A stretch of 64,000 nt of DNA, taken from contig CAZDXB010000007.1 of the NCBI GenBank assembly GCA_964509335.1, positions 44,882-108,881 on the forward strand. Reading direction: 5' to 3'. The DNA is from an uncultured Hyphomicrobiales bacterium (GTDB lineage Bacteria > Bacteroidota > Ignavibacteria > Kapaibacteriales > UBA2268). The notes beneath the pieces were generated by a model that saw only the letters and a program-made list of their open reading frames with translations, was not told where the DNA came from and searched no databases. A program made the translations under genes and the position numbers. Below are positions 53,634 to 63,515 of this stretch, in pieces (position 1 is the stretch's first letter; each line of letters starts with the position of its first letter).

Positions 53634-55037
53634 CTATATATTCACCGCTTCGTCGTATGCTTGCGCGGAAGCTTCCATAATCGCTTCGCTTAAAGTCGGA
53701 TGCGCGTGTATCGTTTTGAAAATCGTTTTCGCGTCCGCTTCCAAAGTTCTAGCGGTTCCTACTTCTCCAATTAATTCCGTAACGTCCGGTCCTACTATAT
53801 GCGCTCCCAAGATTTCGCCGTATTTTGCGTCGAAAATCATTTTTACGAATCCTTTAGCTTCGCCTATGCCGTGCGCTTTGCCGTTAGCCGTGAACGGGAA
53901 CTTGCCGATTTTGAGCTCGTAGCCGGCTTCTTTTGCCTCGTCTTCGGTCATACCGACGCTTGCCACTTGCGGATTGCAGTATGTGCAGCCGGGGATGTTA
54001 TTGTAGTCTATTCCGGTAGTTTCCTCGCCGGCGATATATTCGGCGCACTCGATTCCCTCGGCGGAAGCTTTGTGAGCCAGCCAAGGCGGTCCGGCGACGT
54101 CGCCGATAGCGTAAACGCCCTCGACGTTCGTTCTCATATGCTCGTCTATCTTGATGAAACCGCGTTCGATTTTCACTCCTAAATCTTCTAAGCCTATATT
54201 TTCGAGATTTGCTTGTATGCCGATGGCGTTTAATGCTATGTCGGCTTTCAGAGTTTCTTCTTTGCCGTCTTTCTTTTCTACTTTTACTTCTACTCCGTCG
54301 CCCTTGGCTTTCGCGGAAAGGACTTTTGTTTTGGTCATTAACTTCATCCCGCTTTTCTTAAAGTGTCGATTCAATTCGCGGGATACGTCTTTATCCTCGA
54401 CGGGCAGAATTCGGTCCATCATTTCAATTATCGTTACTTTCGTTCCGAAAGCGTTGTAGAAATAAGCGAACTCGACGCCTATCGCGCCCGCGCCCATTAT
54501 TATCATAGACTTCGGCGGCTCTTTCGGTACCAACGCTTGTTTGCTGGTTATAATTTTCTCGCGATCGACTTCAATTCCTTCGAACATTCTCGGTCTCGCT
54601 CCGGTGGCGATTATAATGTTCTTGGCTTCGATTAGCTCTTTCGCTTTGCCGTTTTCGTCTCTTACTTCAACTTCGTTCTTGTTCTTTATATATCCGAAGC
54701 CCTTAGCGTGTTCTACTTTGTATTTCTTAAACAAAAAGCCGATGCCGTTAGACATTCGCTTGGAAACGTCTCTGCTTCTTTTGATGATTTTGTCGAAATT
54801 AACGTCGTAGTCTTTGATATCGAATCCCAACTTCTTCGATTCTTTGAGAAAGTTAGCTTGCTCGGCGCTTTTAAGCAGCGCTTTGGTGGGTATGCAACCC
54901 CAATTGAGGCAAATTCCGCCTAAATCCGATTTCTCTATGCAAACAGCTTTTAATCCAAGTTGCGAAGCTCTAATAGCGGCAACGTATCCTCCGGGACCGG
55001 AACCTATAACCGCTATGTCAAATTTTCTTTTATCCAT
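53634..55037 (-). CDS. lpdA: Dihydrolipoyl dehydrogenase (E3)
   Basis: FDIAVIGSGPGGYVAAIRASQLGLK, then the redox disulfide GGICLNWGCIPTKALL. NADH-binding GAGAIGVEF. C-terminal HAHPTLSEA dimerisation motif. Confidence 0.9.
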   Translation of the reverse strand: MDKRKFDIAVIGSGPGGYVAAIRASQLGLKAVCIEKSDLGGICLNWGCIPTKALLKSAEQANFLKESKKLGFDIKDYDVNFDKIIKRSRDVSKRMSNGIGFLFKKYKVEHAKGFGYIKNKNEVEVRDENGKAKELIEAKNIIIATGARPRMFEGIEVDREKIITSKQALVPKEPPKSMIIMGAGAIGVEFAYFYNAFGTKVTIIEMMDRILPVEDKDVSRELNRHFKKSGMKLMTKTKVLSAKAKGDGVEVKVEKKDGKEETLKADIALNAIGIQANLENIGLEDLGVKIERGFIKIDEHMRTNVEGVYAIGDVAGPPWLAHKASAEGIECAEYIAGEETTGIDYNNIPGCTYCNPQVASVGMTEDEAKEAGYELKIGKFPFTANGKAHGIGEAKGFVKMIFDAKYGEILGAHIVGPDVTELIGEVGTARTLEADAKTIFKTIHAHPTLSEAIMEASAQAYDEAVNI

Positions 55038-55385
55038 TTCGCTTCCTTTTATTATTCAAAATGATAATACGCGATTGTCAATTTATGAATTTAACGTAAT
55101 TAGGCGAAGCATATTATTAATTATTTATTTACTTTCCGCGCGACTTTTTCTTAACTTATGACTCTATTTATATAAAGCGAATTAGACCAAATTGATTTTA
55201 ACACCGAATACAGCGGCAACGTAAGTTTACACACTTACGGTTTTAATGAAAATCAACTGGATTTAAACGATTTTATTCCTTTTCATAAAAAGTTAGTTTC
55301 TTTATACTATTTAGAATTTAAATCCAACAAAATTCCAGAAAAATTTCCCCCGAAAGTTGATAGTAGTATAAAAAAATTAAATTCA

Positions 55386-56234
55386 TTGTTAGTTGAATAT
55401 CAATCGGCGACGGAAGGCTTCGAGATACTTGAACATAAGATTGAGCAAAAACTTACGGGAATATATAATTACTTCGAGAAAATATCCTATAAAAATAACG
55501 ACTTGAGTAAAAGAAGAAACGATAGTTCTGACAAAGATAGCACGGAAGACATCTACAGAGAAAATTTTTACTCAGACGGAGAAAGCGACGATGATTCAGA
55601 GGGAGAAAATAACGAATGGAGCGATTTGGGAGTTCATACAAATTATGTAGATAATATAACTTTTATGGAAAAAATATTAAAGAGAAGATACAAATCCCTC
55701 GAAGAAAAACTGACGGCGCTTCACGATAAAATTGAAAATTACGTGATGATAAATAAGATGATAGCTATTAATATTTCGTTCAAAGACGACCCGGAAAACG
55801 AGGGACTGCTGTTCTGGTATAAGCCGTCCGAAAAATTGCTGAAATATCTGCCCAAAGACGCAAGGGCTCAAATCAAAAGGGAGTTTGAACTGTTGGAATC
55901 GGGAGCTATATGCGGCGCTCCGATAGACGGGGAGAACGCTTATATGGATATCTGGAAGTCTTGCAGCGGCGACGTTCAGAATTTGAGGATATTCCCGAAT
56001 CCCGTTAGCGAAGCGCTGAAAGTGAAATTCGAGCTCGCGACCCCCAGAAAAATATCCATAGCGGTTTGCAATTTAAAGGGACAAAAAGTCTTAACGCTCA
56101 AAGACCGCGAAGATTTAACGACGGGAACGCATTTTACGACGTTCGACGTCTCATCGCTAAAGCCCAATATATATTTCATCGTAGTAACTTCGGAGAAGGG
56201 CGAAAAGGCGTCTTTAAAGTTTATTAAGGAGTAG
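55386..56234 (+). CDS. T9SS C-terminal-domain protein without recognisable signal peptide (start uncertain)
   Basis: The C-terminal ~80 aa LRIFPNPVSEALKVKFELATPRKISIAVCNLKGQKVLTLK...NIYFIVVTSEKGEKASLKFIKE is a type-A CTD. The ORF is open upstream to 55176 with no ATG, and the TTG at 55386 gives a non-hydrophobic N-terminus. Confidence 0.45.
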   Translation: MLVEYQSATEGFEILEHKIEQKLTGIYNYFEKISYKNNDLSKRRNDSSDKDSTEDIYRENFYSDGESDDDSEGENNEWSDLGVHTNYVDNITFMEKILKRRYKSLEEKLTALHDKIENYVMINKMIAINISFKDDPENEGLLFWYKPSEKLLKYLPKDARAQIKREFELLESGAICGAPIDGENAYMDIWKSCSGDVQNLRIFPNPVSEALKVKFELATPRKISIAVCNLKGQKVLTLKDREDLTTGTHFTTFDVSSLKPNIYFIVVTSEKGEKASLKFIKE

Positions 56235-56237
56235 AGC

Positions 56238-56330
56238 GGGCTTCCTAGCCTGCTTCTTACTATGGTCTTTAATAATTTCTCTTTTTTCTCAAGCTGGGAA
56301 GTTTGCGCTACTTTGAGAAATATTATTACG
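56238..56330 (+). repeat. ~95-bp repeat family 5, copy B
   Basis: GGGCTTCCTAGCCTGCTTCTTAC...TCTCAAGCTGGGAAGTTTGCGCTACTTTGAGAAATATTATTACG aligns with 17332-17423. It lies 4 bp after the 56234 stop. Confidence 0.65.
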
Positions 56331-56503
56331 TTGTCATTTAATTTATCAAATCGAGGAATGTTTTGTTTCGCCGCATTTGTGAGGCGTTCTAAGGGGGATT
56401 TGATTAATCATATCTATACCTCTACGGAAACAAATTGTAGTTTTCACTAGCTCCGTCCTTTAGAGCGGAGGAATGAAAACTACGTAATTCGTAATTTTTC
56501 CTA

Positions 56504-56534
56504 CTCATCCGATGACTCGGAGTCATCGGATGAG
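56504..56534. repeat. Palindrome family 3 copy (CTCATCCGATGACTCGGAGTCATCGGATGAG)
   Basis: Perfect palindrome 29 bp downstream of the 1873-aa gene stop. Confidence 0.7.
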
Positions 56535-56562
56535 TTTCGTCTCTTCAGAAGATTAATTAAAT

Positions 56563-59500
56563 CTAGTCTTTTACAAATCTTCCCGAATAAGTTACGGGTT
56601 TGCCTTCGGAATCTATTCCGTCGAACGAATATATATAAGTTCCCTTTGGATGATTCGAAGCTCGCCAGTAAATTGAATTTCTGCCCAAATCGATTGGACA
56701 ATCCTTGAATTTGGCGACTTCCGAGCCGTCGAAGGAATATATCGTCAGCTTCAACGAATTCATTTCGCGAGTCAGATAATACGAAATATACGTTCTGTAA
56801 TCCATCGGGTTCGGATAGTTCTTTACTTCTACTATCCAATCTGGACCTTTCATCGGAATTTGCAATTTTCGGTCGTTGTTTTGAGAGCAGAATTCCGAGT
56901 TGGGGTCTTGCGACTCAACCGACGCGTAGAATTCGACGTATTCCGCCGAATCTTCGATAGCGTAATATACGTCCATGCGTCTTTCTTGGAATCTGTCGAG
57001 CGAATCCAAGGGTTTCTCGCCGATAAGAAGCGTGTCGCCGTCATTGCCGATAGCGAAGAATCTGACTATCGCGCCGCTAATCGCTCTTGCGCCGTTGCGG
57101 ACTTTTCCGGTAATTCTAACGTCCGAACCTCTTTCCAGAACTTCTTTATTAGCGCTCAAGTCGTATAAATATAAGTCGGGCGCTTCCAAGTCGAGATTTT
57201 CCCAGTCGGGATATCTGAATATAGTAGGTCCGGCGGAGCTTTTGCCCGCGTTTCCGCGATAGCTCACCATTACGTTCGGAATAACGGCGTTCGTGTCGAA
57301 CAAGCAGGAACATACGCCCGCTTTCTCGATAAACGGCAAATGTATTCTCTTCTTCTCGCCGGGAACGCAAGCGCCTATGCTCGCTACAATTCTATTGTTT
57401 GTGTAGGCGCAATTTGGCGGCAGAGCTTCGGCGATTGGGTTGAAATACGGTCCGACTTCGATGTCCAAAATCACGTTTTCAGCCATATCGTTGCCGTAGT
57501 TTGTTACTTGAACCATCGCGTCCACTCGTTTCCTGCCTTCCGAATCGAACTTCAGCGGTTGATTTTCTTTTATTTCTTTGCCGTTAATCGCCGCTATTTT
57601 CTTGAAGTTCATCAGTTTCGGACCGACCGCGGTTACCTCTACGTCTCTTCCGCTAGTCAGTAATTGAGAGCCGAAGTCGTCGCTTTCGTAACTCAGTATT
57701 TGCCGGTCTGATAATAGTATATCTCTTTTATCAGAATAAGCTTGAACTTTGCCTTTCTGTAGAATATAGAATTTCGAAAAATCGGTATTCGGGAAATTTG
57801 TAAATTGAGACAAATCTATCGTCTCTTTGCCGGCTTCGGCGTCGTATTCGGACGGGAGAGACGCCAAATCGTCAAATTCTGTGTAGTTGACGTCCTCGTC
57901 CGACCATCTCGCTTCTCCCATACCTTCGAAAAATCCGCTAGTTTCGACTAGCAAGCTCTTCAAATCGGCGTCGCCGACTACGATTTTTTCGTATCCGACG
58001 GGCGCGCCGTTCTCGTTTCTGTCCGAAACGCTGAACTTAAGCGGGGGAACTTCGTAGTTAATATCAATCGATTGCGCTTTGTCTTTCTTTCTAGCGTTCG
58101 ATTCGTCGTAATGCTTGCGAGTTCCGGATATTGAGAAGTTGATGTCGTAAACGTCGTTTTCCAAGTTCTCGTCGATTTTGAATAAAATGACGAAGTAAGC
58201 CCTACGGGAAGGTTGCATTAGCGGCAAAGTGTTGCCCATTTTAATCAAGACTTCGTCTTCGGGCTGATTGAAGCGCCAACCGGCTCTGAACGAGCCTAAG
58301 TCGTCGCCGCCTCTTATAACTTCGCCGGTCGCCGGGTCAACCTTCGCCGGCACGAGAGGTCTCGGATACGCGACGTATGACATTACGACTTCGCTATTGC
58401 CAAGCCCGTTAGGTATTTGCGGCGTTATAGTAGTGTTAATCCAATTGTCGTCGGTGCCGTTCATTATCTCGATTTTCGCTTCCAAGAAACAGCCGCTGAC
58501 CGTCTTTGGATAATCGGCTAAATCTGGATTGTCCGGGTCGGCGTTTGGAATTAAAGTAACGTTTTCTCTATAGTTATAATCGCCGTCTATTATGGTGGAC
58601 ATATTAAAAGACGGTTCTATTAAACTGCACGGGTCTCTGCCGCCGGCGTAAGTAGTAATTGTCGCCTCGCCGTAGCCGTATGAAACGCGGTACGGGTCGA
58701 ATCTGGCGTCGAAATAATGCGGCTCGTTTCTGTCTTCGATAGAGTATTTAATATAAGCGGTGTCTAAACCGAACTTAACAATAGAAGGCGTCGGTTTGGC
58801 GATTAATCTGTAATCGACGCCCTTGGCGTAGCCGGTCAATACGTGCGAGAATATCACCCAAGGCGAACCGCCGAATATCTCCTCCACTACAAGCCAGCCG
58901 CCTTTGCTAATATCGACAGAGCCTTCTTTGCCGTTGCCCTCGTATTTACAATTGAACTTGAAATGCGTCTTACCTAAAGTTTCGAAATAATCGTCTCCGT
59001 ATTCGCCGTCGGGTCCGTGATACCAGCCCGAATCGACTCTGCCGTAGATGTCGTCGATAAAAGGCTCTTCGGGATAATCCAGCCAGTCCTCGCCGTCGTC
59101 TAGCATAAAGTCGTCGTGCAAGAAGCCCGTGCTGGAACAGAACCTGTCGCCTCTGTCGTCAATCCAGTCGTCGATTCCGTCGAAGTTGTCATCGTCCAAC
59201 GCCGGCGGTATCAATACTTGCGGAATGTAGATATGATATTGATACGGGTCTTCCCATATCTCAATCGAATCTTTTGTGTTTGGATTATCTATCCATTTGT
59301 GATAGGGCGCGCCGTCTATTTCTACTATTGCGTCGATGTCGTAAGTTCCGTCTTGTCGTTTCGGCAATTTGATATTATATCCGCCGATGCCCTTCGGGAT
59401 ATCGTAAACAAAATAGCCGAAAACGCCGTCGCCCAACTCTTCGACATCTTCGTATTTCAAATCGCCCGAAGAGTCGTTATAATCGACGTCGTAGCCGACG

Positions 59501-62184
59501 TTTCTTATCCAATAATACGAGTATTCAGTCGAAGCGTCAACGTCGAACGTCAAGTTTGCCTCGCCGTTGGCGGGCAAATACTTTAACGTGTCGCCGTCGT
59601 CGTTCGTTATCGTGAAGTTGTTCGTCAAATACTCGAATTGCAGAGGATTGGGAAGCGGCGCCCAGTAGGTGTACGTGCTCCTAATAGGAGTTTTTCTGTT
59701 TTCGTCGAATATCGTTTTGTATTCCAAGTTCGAATAGGGCGAATTCGACGGTCGATAATGTTCCATATCTATTTCCTCGCCGCCTAGCGAAAGAACCGCT
59801 ATAAATTCTCTGTGCGGTTGCGGAACGGTTCCGACGCATTTATCCGTCGGCTTTAATTTATAGCCGGTCTTGGCGGTATCTATAAAAGTAAAGCCCTGGT
59901 AATTGTTAATTCTTTGGTATATCAATTGTTTCCAGATTACGTTGCCGTCGTCGTCTCTTTCCATCCAGTGCGACCAAGTCGTATCGTTCAAATCGGCGTT
60001 TTCGATGTTCGGCGTATAGGGGTAGAACATACCGCCGTTATAATTATCGTCCAAAGAGCCGTGAGCTTTGCCTACTGCCGCGGATAGATTGACTAGCTTT
60101 GGCGGGTCAACCCATATTTCGTAGTAACAGTAAGGGTCGAAATAATCGTAGCCGGAAATATCGCCTATATCCCAAGTTACTTTCCAGACCCGAATTTTAT
60201 CGCCGGCTTCCTCTAGGTCGATTTCGCCGTCGCCGTCCAAGTCTTTAGCTCTTCTGCCGTCGTGGTCGATGTCCTCGTAATAATCGTAATTCCCGGAACG
60301 CAGATGCTCCCAAGGATTTCTCCAATAAACAGAATCTTCTTCTATGGTGTATCCTTTCGGATAAATCGAAGCGGTGTCGAGCCATACGTCCGGATTTCCG
60401 TCGTTGTCCATATCGTATTCGGGATTGTCTTCGTCGTTGCTTCCCCGCAGAACATCGACAAATTTACCGCCGGGGGTTTTCAGAATCGGTATATTAATAG
60501 ATTTGTCGCTCCAGTAAAACGGCACGTCTTTGGGTATGTATTGAACGTATTTGGTTTCCAGAGCGGGCGTTCTTTCTTTGTTCTCCATTATCATAAACAC
60601 TTTGAAAGGCTGATAGTAAAGCCCGAGGAAGTTTTTCCAGTTTAAATCGGTGTCCGCCGCTAAGAAGGCGCTGAACATCATATCGGCGTAGTTGCGGTAT
60701 TTCCAGAACTTCCTTTTTGAGCCTTGATTCTCGTATTCCGTTTCATTATAGGAGACGTAAATATACGTCTTCCAGGATATGTATTTATCGACTTGCTCGT
60801 GAATTTCGTCGTCCGGTTCTGGGGTAGCCAATCGATAAACTATTACCTTCTCGGAGCGAGGAGGCATATTTAATCCGGTGAACTTGACGTCCTCGCCGTT
60901 GACTTCGTAAGTAACTCCCTGCGTTTCGACGTTCAGAAATTCGAAATAGTCCCTTACGTTTTCCTCGATTTCTATGCTGTTAATTGGCTCGTCGGACAAG
61001 TTTCTGACAGTGATTTGCACCTTAAACGTGTCTTTTCTGTCGTAAGAAACGGCGTTTTTACCCGCCGCGAGAGTGTCCGGGACCTCGTTTAAAATCGCTC
61101 GGGTTACGTCAATTTTCTGAACCCAAGTATAGAATATAGCGTTGAGCGACCACTGAAGCTGACGACTATCGTATTCTACTTCCTTAATTCCCCCGATAGT
61201 GGGGATTCCGGCGTTGCAAAGGATGCGTCCGCCGTCGGCTTTGTCGTCTTCGATTAGGAAGCAAGCGGGATAGCCTTTGTTGGCGGTCGAAGCTATTATT
61301 TTAGAGGAGCCTACGTCGGTATTAGGAATAATCGTAGCGTATAAGTTGCCGTTTACCGCGTCTTCTGTAAACGCGATGGGGTATTGCGAACTATTAAAGT
61401 TCACGCCGATTAAATTCGTTTGATAATCCGCTTCGTCGTAATCGTCGAAATCAACAGCGCCGGCGCTTAGATAGCCGAGCTTCTCGATAAAGTAAGAAGC
61501 GTTGCCCTCGGCGTAAATCGTTCCGCCGCTTTGCAAAAAGCTCTCGATTTTCTCTCCTATATTCGGGCAGATTTTGAATACGCTGTCGATATAATACTTT
61601 TGGTCTTCTCCTTTCAGCGAAAACGAGGGGATAATCAACAGCTGGGTGGCGCTTGAAATATCGTTAGTATCCAAGAAGCTTTCGTTTACTTCGTAATAGA
61701 TGTTGTCGTAAAGATATGTATTGAACAAATTCTCGAAGTAAATCGCCCCCCAAGTTACCGTGTTGTCGTCTTTTAGGATTTCGCTCCTAAAAATCGCTAC
61801 TCTTTTGGAATTTGGTTTATACTGCAGGGAATAGTGCGGAGTCGCTTCCCAGTCGTATTCGTCGTAGCTCTCGTTAGTAACGGAGCGATAGTTGTAAGGA
61901 ACTTTTTCCGGCAAAATGAAACTTCCTTTATTCTCGCCTTCGGCAGCCCAGTAAATTGAAAATTCTCCCCAGCGCGAGAATAAATTTGTGTCGAGATTTT
62001 GTCGGTAGAATCGCATATCAGCGTACGATTCGTACATAGCTAGTTTATACGCTTTCAGGAAATCCTCCTGAGTAGCGTCCGTCGGTATTATCGCGCCGCC
62101 GTCGGCAAGGGCGGGACGAAAAAGAGGCGTCAGAGTCAATAAAAGCGTTATTAAGGCAAGTTTAAGCGGTAGATTTTTTTTCAT
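56563..62184 (-). CDS. Giant (1873 aa) secreted protein with Asp-rich Ca-binding-like segments and T9SS C-terminal sorting domain; function unknown
   Basis: Signal peptide MKKNLPLKLALITLLLTLTPLFRPALA. Asp-rich stretches (DMDNDGNPDVWLD; DIDHDGRRAKDLDGDGEIDLEE; DDDNFDGIDDWIDDRGD). C-terminal VKNYPNPMDYRTYISYYL...SGRFVKD CTD. The N-terminal ~350 aa is possibly a GATase1-like/ThuA-like fold (weak). Confidence 0.65.
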   Translation of the reverse strand: MKKNLPLKLALITLLLTLTPLFRPALADGGAIIPTDATQEDFLKAYKLAMYESYADMRFYRQNLDTNLFSRWGEFSIYWAAEGENKGSFILPEKVPYNYRSVTNESYDEYDWEATPHYSLQYKPNSKRVAIFRSEILKDDNTVTWGAIYFENLFNTYLYDNIYYEVNESFLDTNDISSATQLLIIPSFSLKGEDQKYYIDSVFKICPNIGEKIESFLQSGGTIYAEGNASYFIEKLGYLSAGAVDFDDYDEADYQTNLIGVNFNSSQYPIAFTEDAVNGNLYATIIPNTDVGSSKIIASTANKGYPACFLIEDDKADGGRILCNAGIPTIGGIKEVEYDSRQLQWSLNAIFYTWVQKIDVTRAILNEVPDTLAAGKNAVSYDRKDTFKVQITVRNLSDEPINSIEIEENVRDYFEFLNVETQGVTYEVNGEDVKFTGLNMPPRSEKVIVYRLATPEPDDEIHEQVDKYISWKTYIYVSYNETEYENQGSKRKFWKYRNYADMMFSAFLAADTDLNWKNFLGLYYQPFKVFMIMENKERTPALETKYVQYIPKDVPFYWSDKSINIPILKTPGGKFVDVLRGSNDEDNPEYDMDNDGNPDVWLDTASIYPKGYTIEEDSVYWRNPWEHLRSGNYDYYEDIDHDGRRAKDLDGDGEIDLEEAGDKIRVWKVTWDIGDISGYDYFDPYCYYEIWVDPPKLVNLSAAVGKAHGSLDDNYNGGMFYPYTPNIENADLNDTTWSHWMERDDDGNVIWKQLIYQRINNYQGFTFIDTAKTGYKLKPTDKCVGTVPQPHREFIAVLSLGGEEIDMEHYRPSNSPYSNLEYKTIFDENRKTPIRSTYTYWAPLPNPLQFEYLTNNFTITNDDGDTLKYLPANGEANLTFDVDASTEYSYYWIRNVGYDVDYNDSSGDLKYEDVEELGDGVFGYFVYDIPKGIGGYNIKLPKRQDGTYDIDAIVEIDGAPYHKWIDNPNTKDSIEIWEDPYQYHIYIPQVLIPPALDDDNFDGIDDWIDDRGDRFCSSTGFLHDDFMLDDGEDWLDYPEEPFIDDIYGRVDSGWYHGPDGEYGDDYFETLGKTHFKFNCKYEGNGKEGSVDISKGGWLVVEEIFGGSPWVIFSHVLTGYAKGVDYRLIAKPTPSIVKFGLDTAYIKYSIEDRNEPHYFDARFDPYRVSYGYGEATITTYAGGRDPCSLIEPSFNMSTIIDGDYNYRENVTLIPNADPDNPDLADYPKTVSGCFLEAKIEIMNGTDDNWINTTITPQIPNGLGNSEVVMSYVAYPRPLVPAKVDPATGEVIRGGDDLGSFRAGWRFNQPEDEVLIKMGNTLPLMQPSRRAYFVILFKIDENLENDVYDINFSISGTRKHYDESNARKKDKAQSIDINYEVPPLKFSVSDRNENGAPVGYEKIVVGDADLKSLLVETSGFFEGMGEARWSDEDVNYTEFDDLASLPSEYDAEAGKETIDLSQFTNFPNTDFSKFYILQKGKVQAYSDKRDILLSDRQILSYESDDFGSQLLTSGRDVEVTAVGPKLMNFKKIAAINGKEIKENQPLKFDSEGRKRVDAMVQVTNYGNDMAENVILDIEVGPYFNPIAEALPPNCAYTNNRIVASIGACVPGEKKRIHLPFIEKAGVCSCLFDTNAVIPNVMVSYRGNAGKSSAGPTIFRYPDWENLDLEAPDLYLYDLSANKEVLERGSDVRITGKVRNGARAISGAIVRFFAIGNDGDTLLIGEKPLDSLDRFQERRMDVYYAIEDSAEYVEFYASVESQDPNSEFCSQNNDRKLQIPMKGPDWIVEVKNYPNPMDYRTYISYYLTREMNSLKLTIYSFDGSEVAKFKDCPIDLGRNSIYWRASNHPKGTYIYSFDGIDSEGKPVTYSGRFVKD

Positions 62185-62597
62185 CTCGACCTCGTTCTAT
62201 GTTAATAATTCCATTTCAAAACAGTCGTTAGTCAAAGGATTGGCTGTCTCTGACTAAAATTTCACGGAACGCGTAATTGACCCCGTTTTTTAACGTTCCT
62301 AACTTTCTATTAATCTTTATTGATTATAATATAAAAATAATTTGTAAAATCCAAATAAAAATTAAAAGAAGATTTAATCAAGATGAATTAACATTAATGA
62401 TTTTGGACATAAAGAGCGGGACGGAGTTTTCGCTCATCGCGTATGACAATTCAAGGAAAAGAAAAATTAGCGCTTTTAAGGGCGGCAACTCATAACTGTT
62501 TTTATATCAACAGTATAAGAAATTATATTCTTGGCATATCTATTGCTTATAGCACAAAAAGAAGCTATATTATTAATTAATTATTTGGGGGGATAAA

Positions 62598-62741
62598 ATG
62601 AACGAGCAACTGCTGAAATCGTGTTTTATCTTGGCGGCTACCGTCGGAATGATTTTGTTCGGCGTTAGTTCGAAAAGGAATTTGAGGAAAATCAAACGAC
62701 TATTTTTTAAATCAAAGAGCAAGAATCCTCGGGTAGCGTAG
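62598..62741 (+). CDS. Small hypothetical membrane peptide (47 aa)
   Basis: ATG 62598 preceded by GGGGGGATAAA. MNEQLLKSCFILAATVGMILFGVSSKRNLRKIKRLFFKSKSKNPRVA has a hydrophobic core and a basic tail. Not in the track because it is under 60 aa. Confidence 0.25.
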   Translation: MNEQLLKSCFILAATVGMILFGVSSKRNLRKIKRLFFKSKSKNPRVA

Positions 62742-62745
62742 AGCA

Positions 62746-63303
62746 ATGAAGGCGAAATTAATTATAGCGGTCGTTTTGGGGAGCGCGTTGCTTGCCAGTT
62801 GCTCTCAGAGCGTTCGTTTCACTTCGGCGGATAATTCTTATAATCGCGATGCGCGGAAAGCGACTGTAAAATCCAACGAAGTCAAAAGAAAAATAGGAAA
62901 AGCCGAGAACGTTTTTTCTTTCGGGGCTTCAGTAGTGGAAAAGGCTAAGGATTATTTAGGCGCGCCTTACTGTTGGGGCGGCGAAAGCGAAGATTGTTTT
63001 GATTGCTCGGGATTCGTCTCGAAGGTTTTTAACGAAGCCGGCGTTCAGTTGCCGCGAACCTCTTACAATCAGTATGACTATTGCGTTAAAATAGACAAAG
63101 ACGACGCGCGAATCGGCGACTTGGTGTTTTTCTATAGGAAAGGAAAAATTGGACACGTAGGCATATATTTAGGCGGCGGCAAGTTTATTCATTCATCGTC
63201 GTCTAACGGCGTCGAGTTGCAATCTCTTTCGAATTCGTATTATAAACAAACCTTTGCCGGTTTTGGTAGAGTTGATTTGGACCGAGATTATTCGAGAAAA
63301 TGA
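62746..63303 (+). CDS. NlpC/P60 (C40) family peptidoglycan endopeptidase lipoprotein
   Basis: Lipobox LLASC. Catalytic Cys in GAPYCWGGESEDCFDCSGFVSKVF, His in GHVGIYLGGGKFIHSS, and a third polar residue. Confidence 0.85.
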   Translation: MKAKLIIAVVLGSALLASCSQSVRFTSADNSYNRDARKATVKSNEVKRKIGKAENVFSFGASVVEKAKDYLGAPYCWGGESEDCFDCSGFVSKVFNEAGVQLPRTSYNQYDYCVKIDKDDARIGDLVFFYRKGKIGHVGIYLGGGKFIHSSSSNGVELQSLSNSYYKQTFAGFGRVDLDRDYSRK

Positions 63304-63515
63304 GTTCTGTCGCGTATAAATTGCCCTTCCGAAAGTTATGAGCTATCGGAAGGGCGCCCCCTATACTTTAAAATCTATACTTCCGGAAACGTCTATTTAC
63401 TCGCTGAATCAAAAGCTAATATAAATAGTAAATAATCAAAGACTATTTAGAGTCAATTTTTTAAAAAACTTTCCTTATATTAGAAATTTGAACATTTTAT
63501 AGAATTCCAGAAAAT

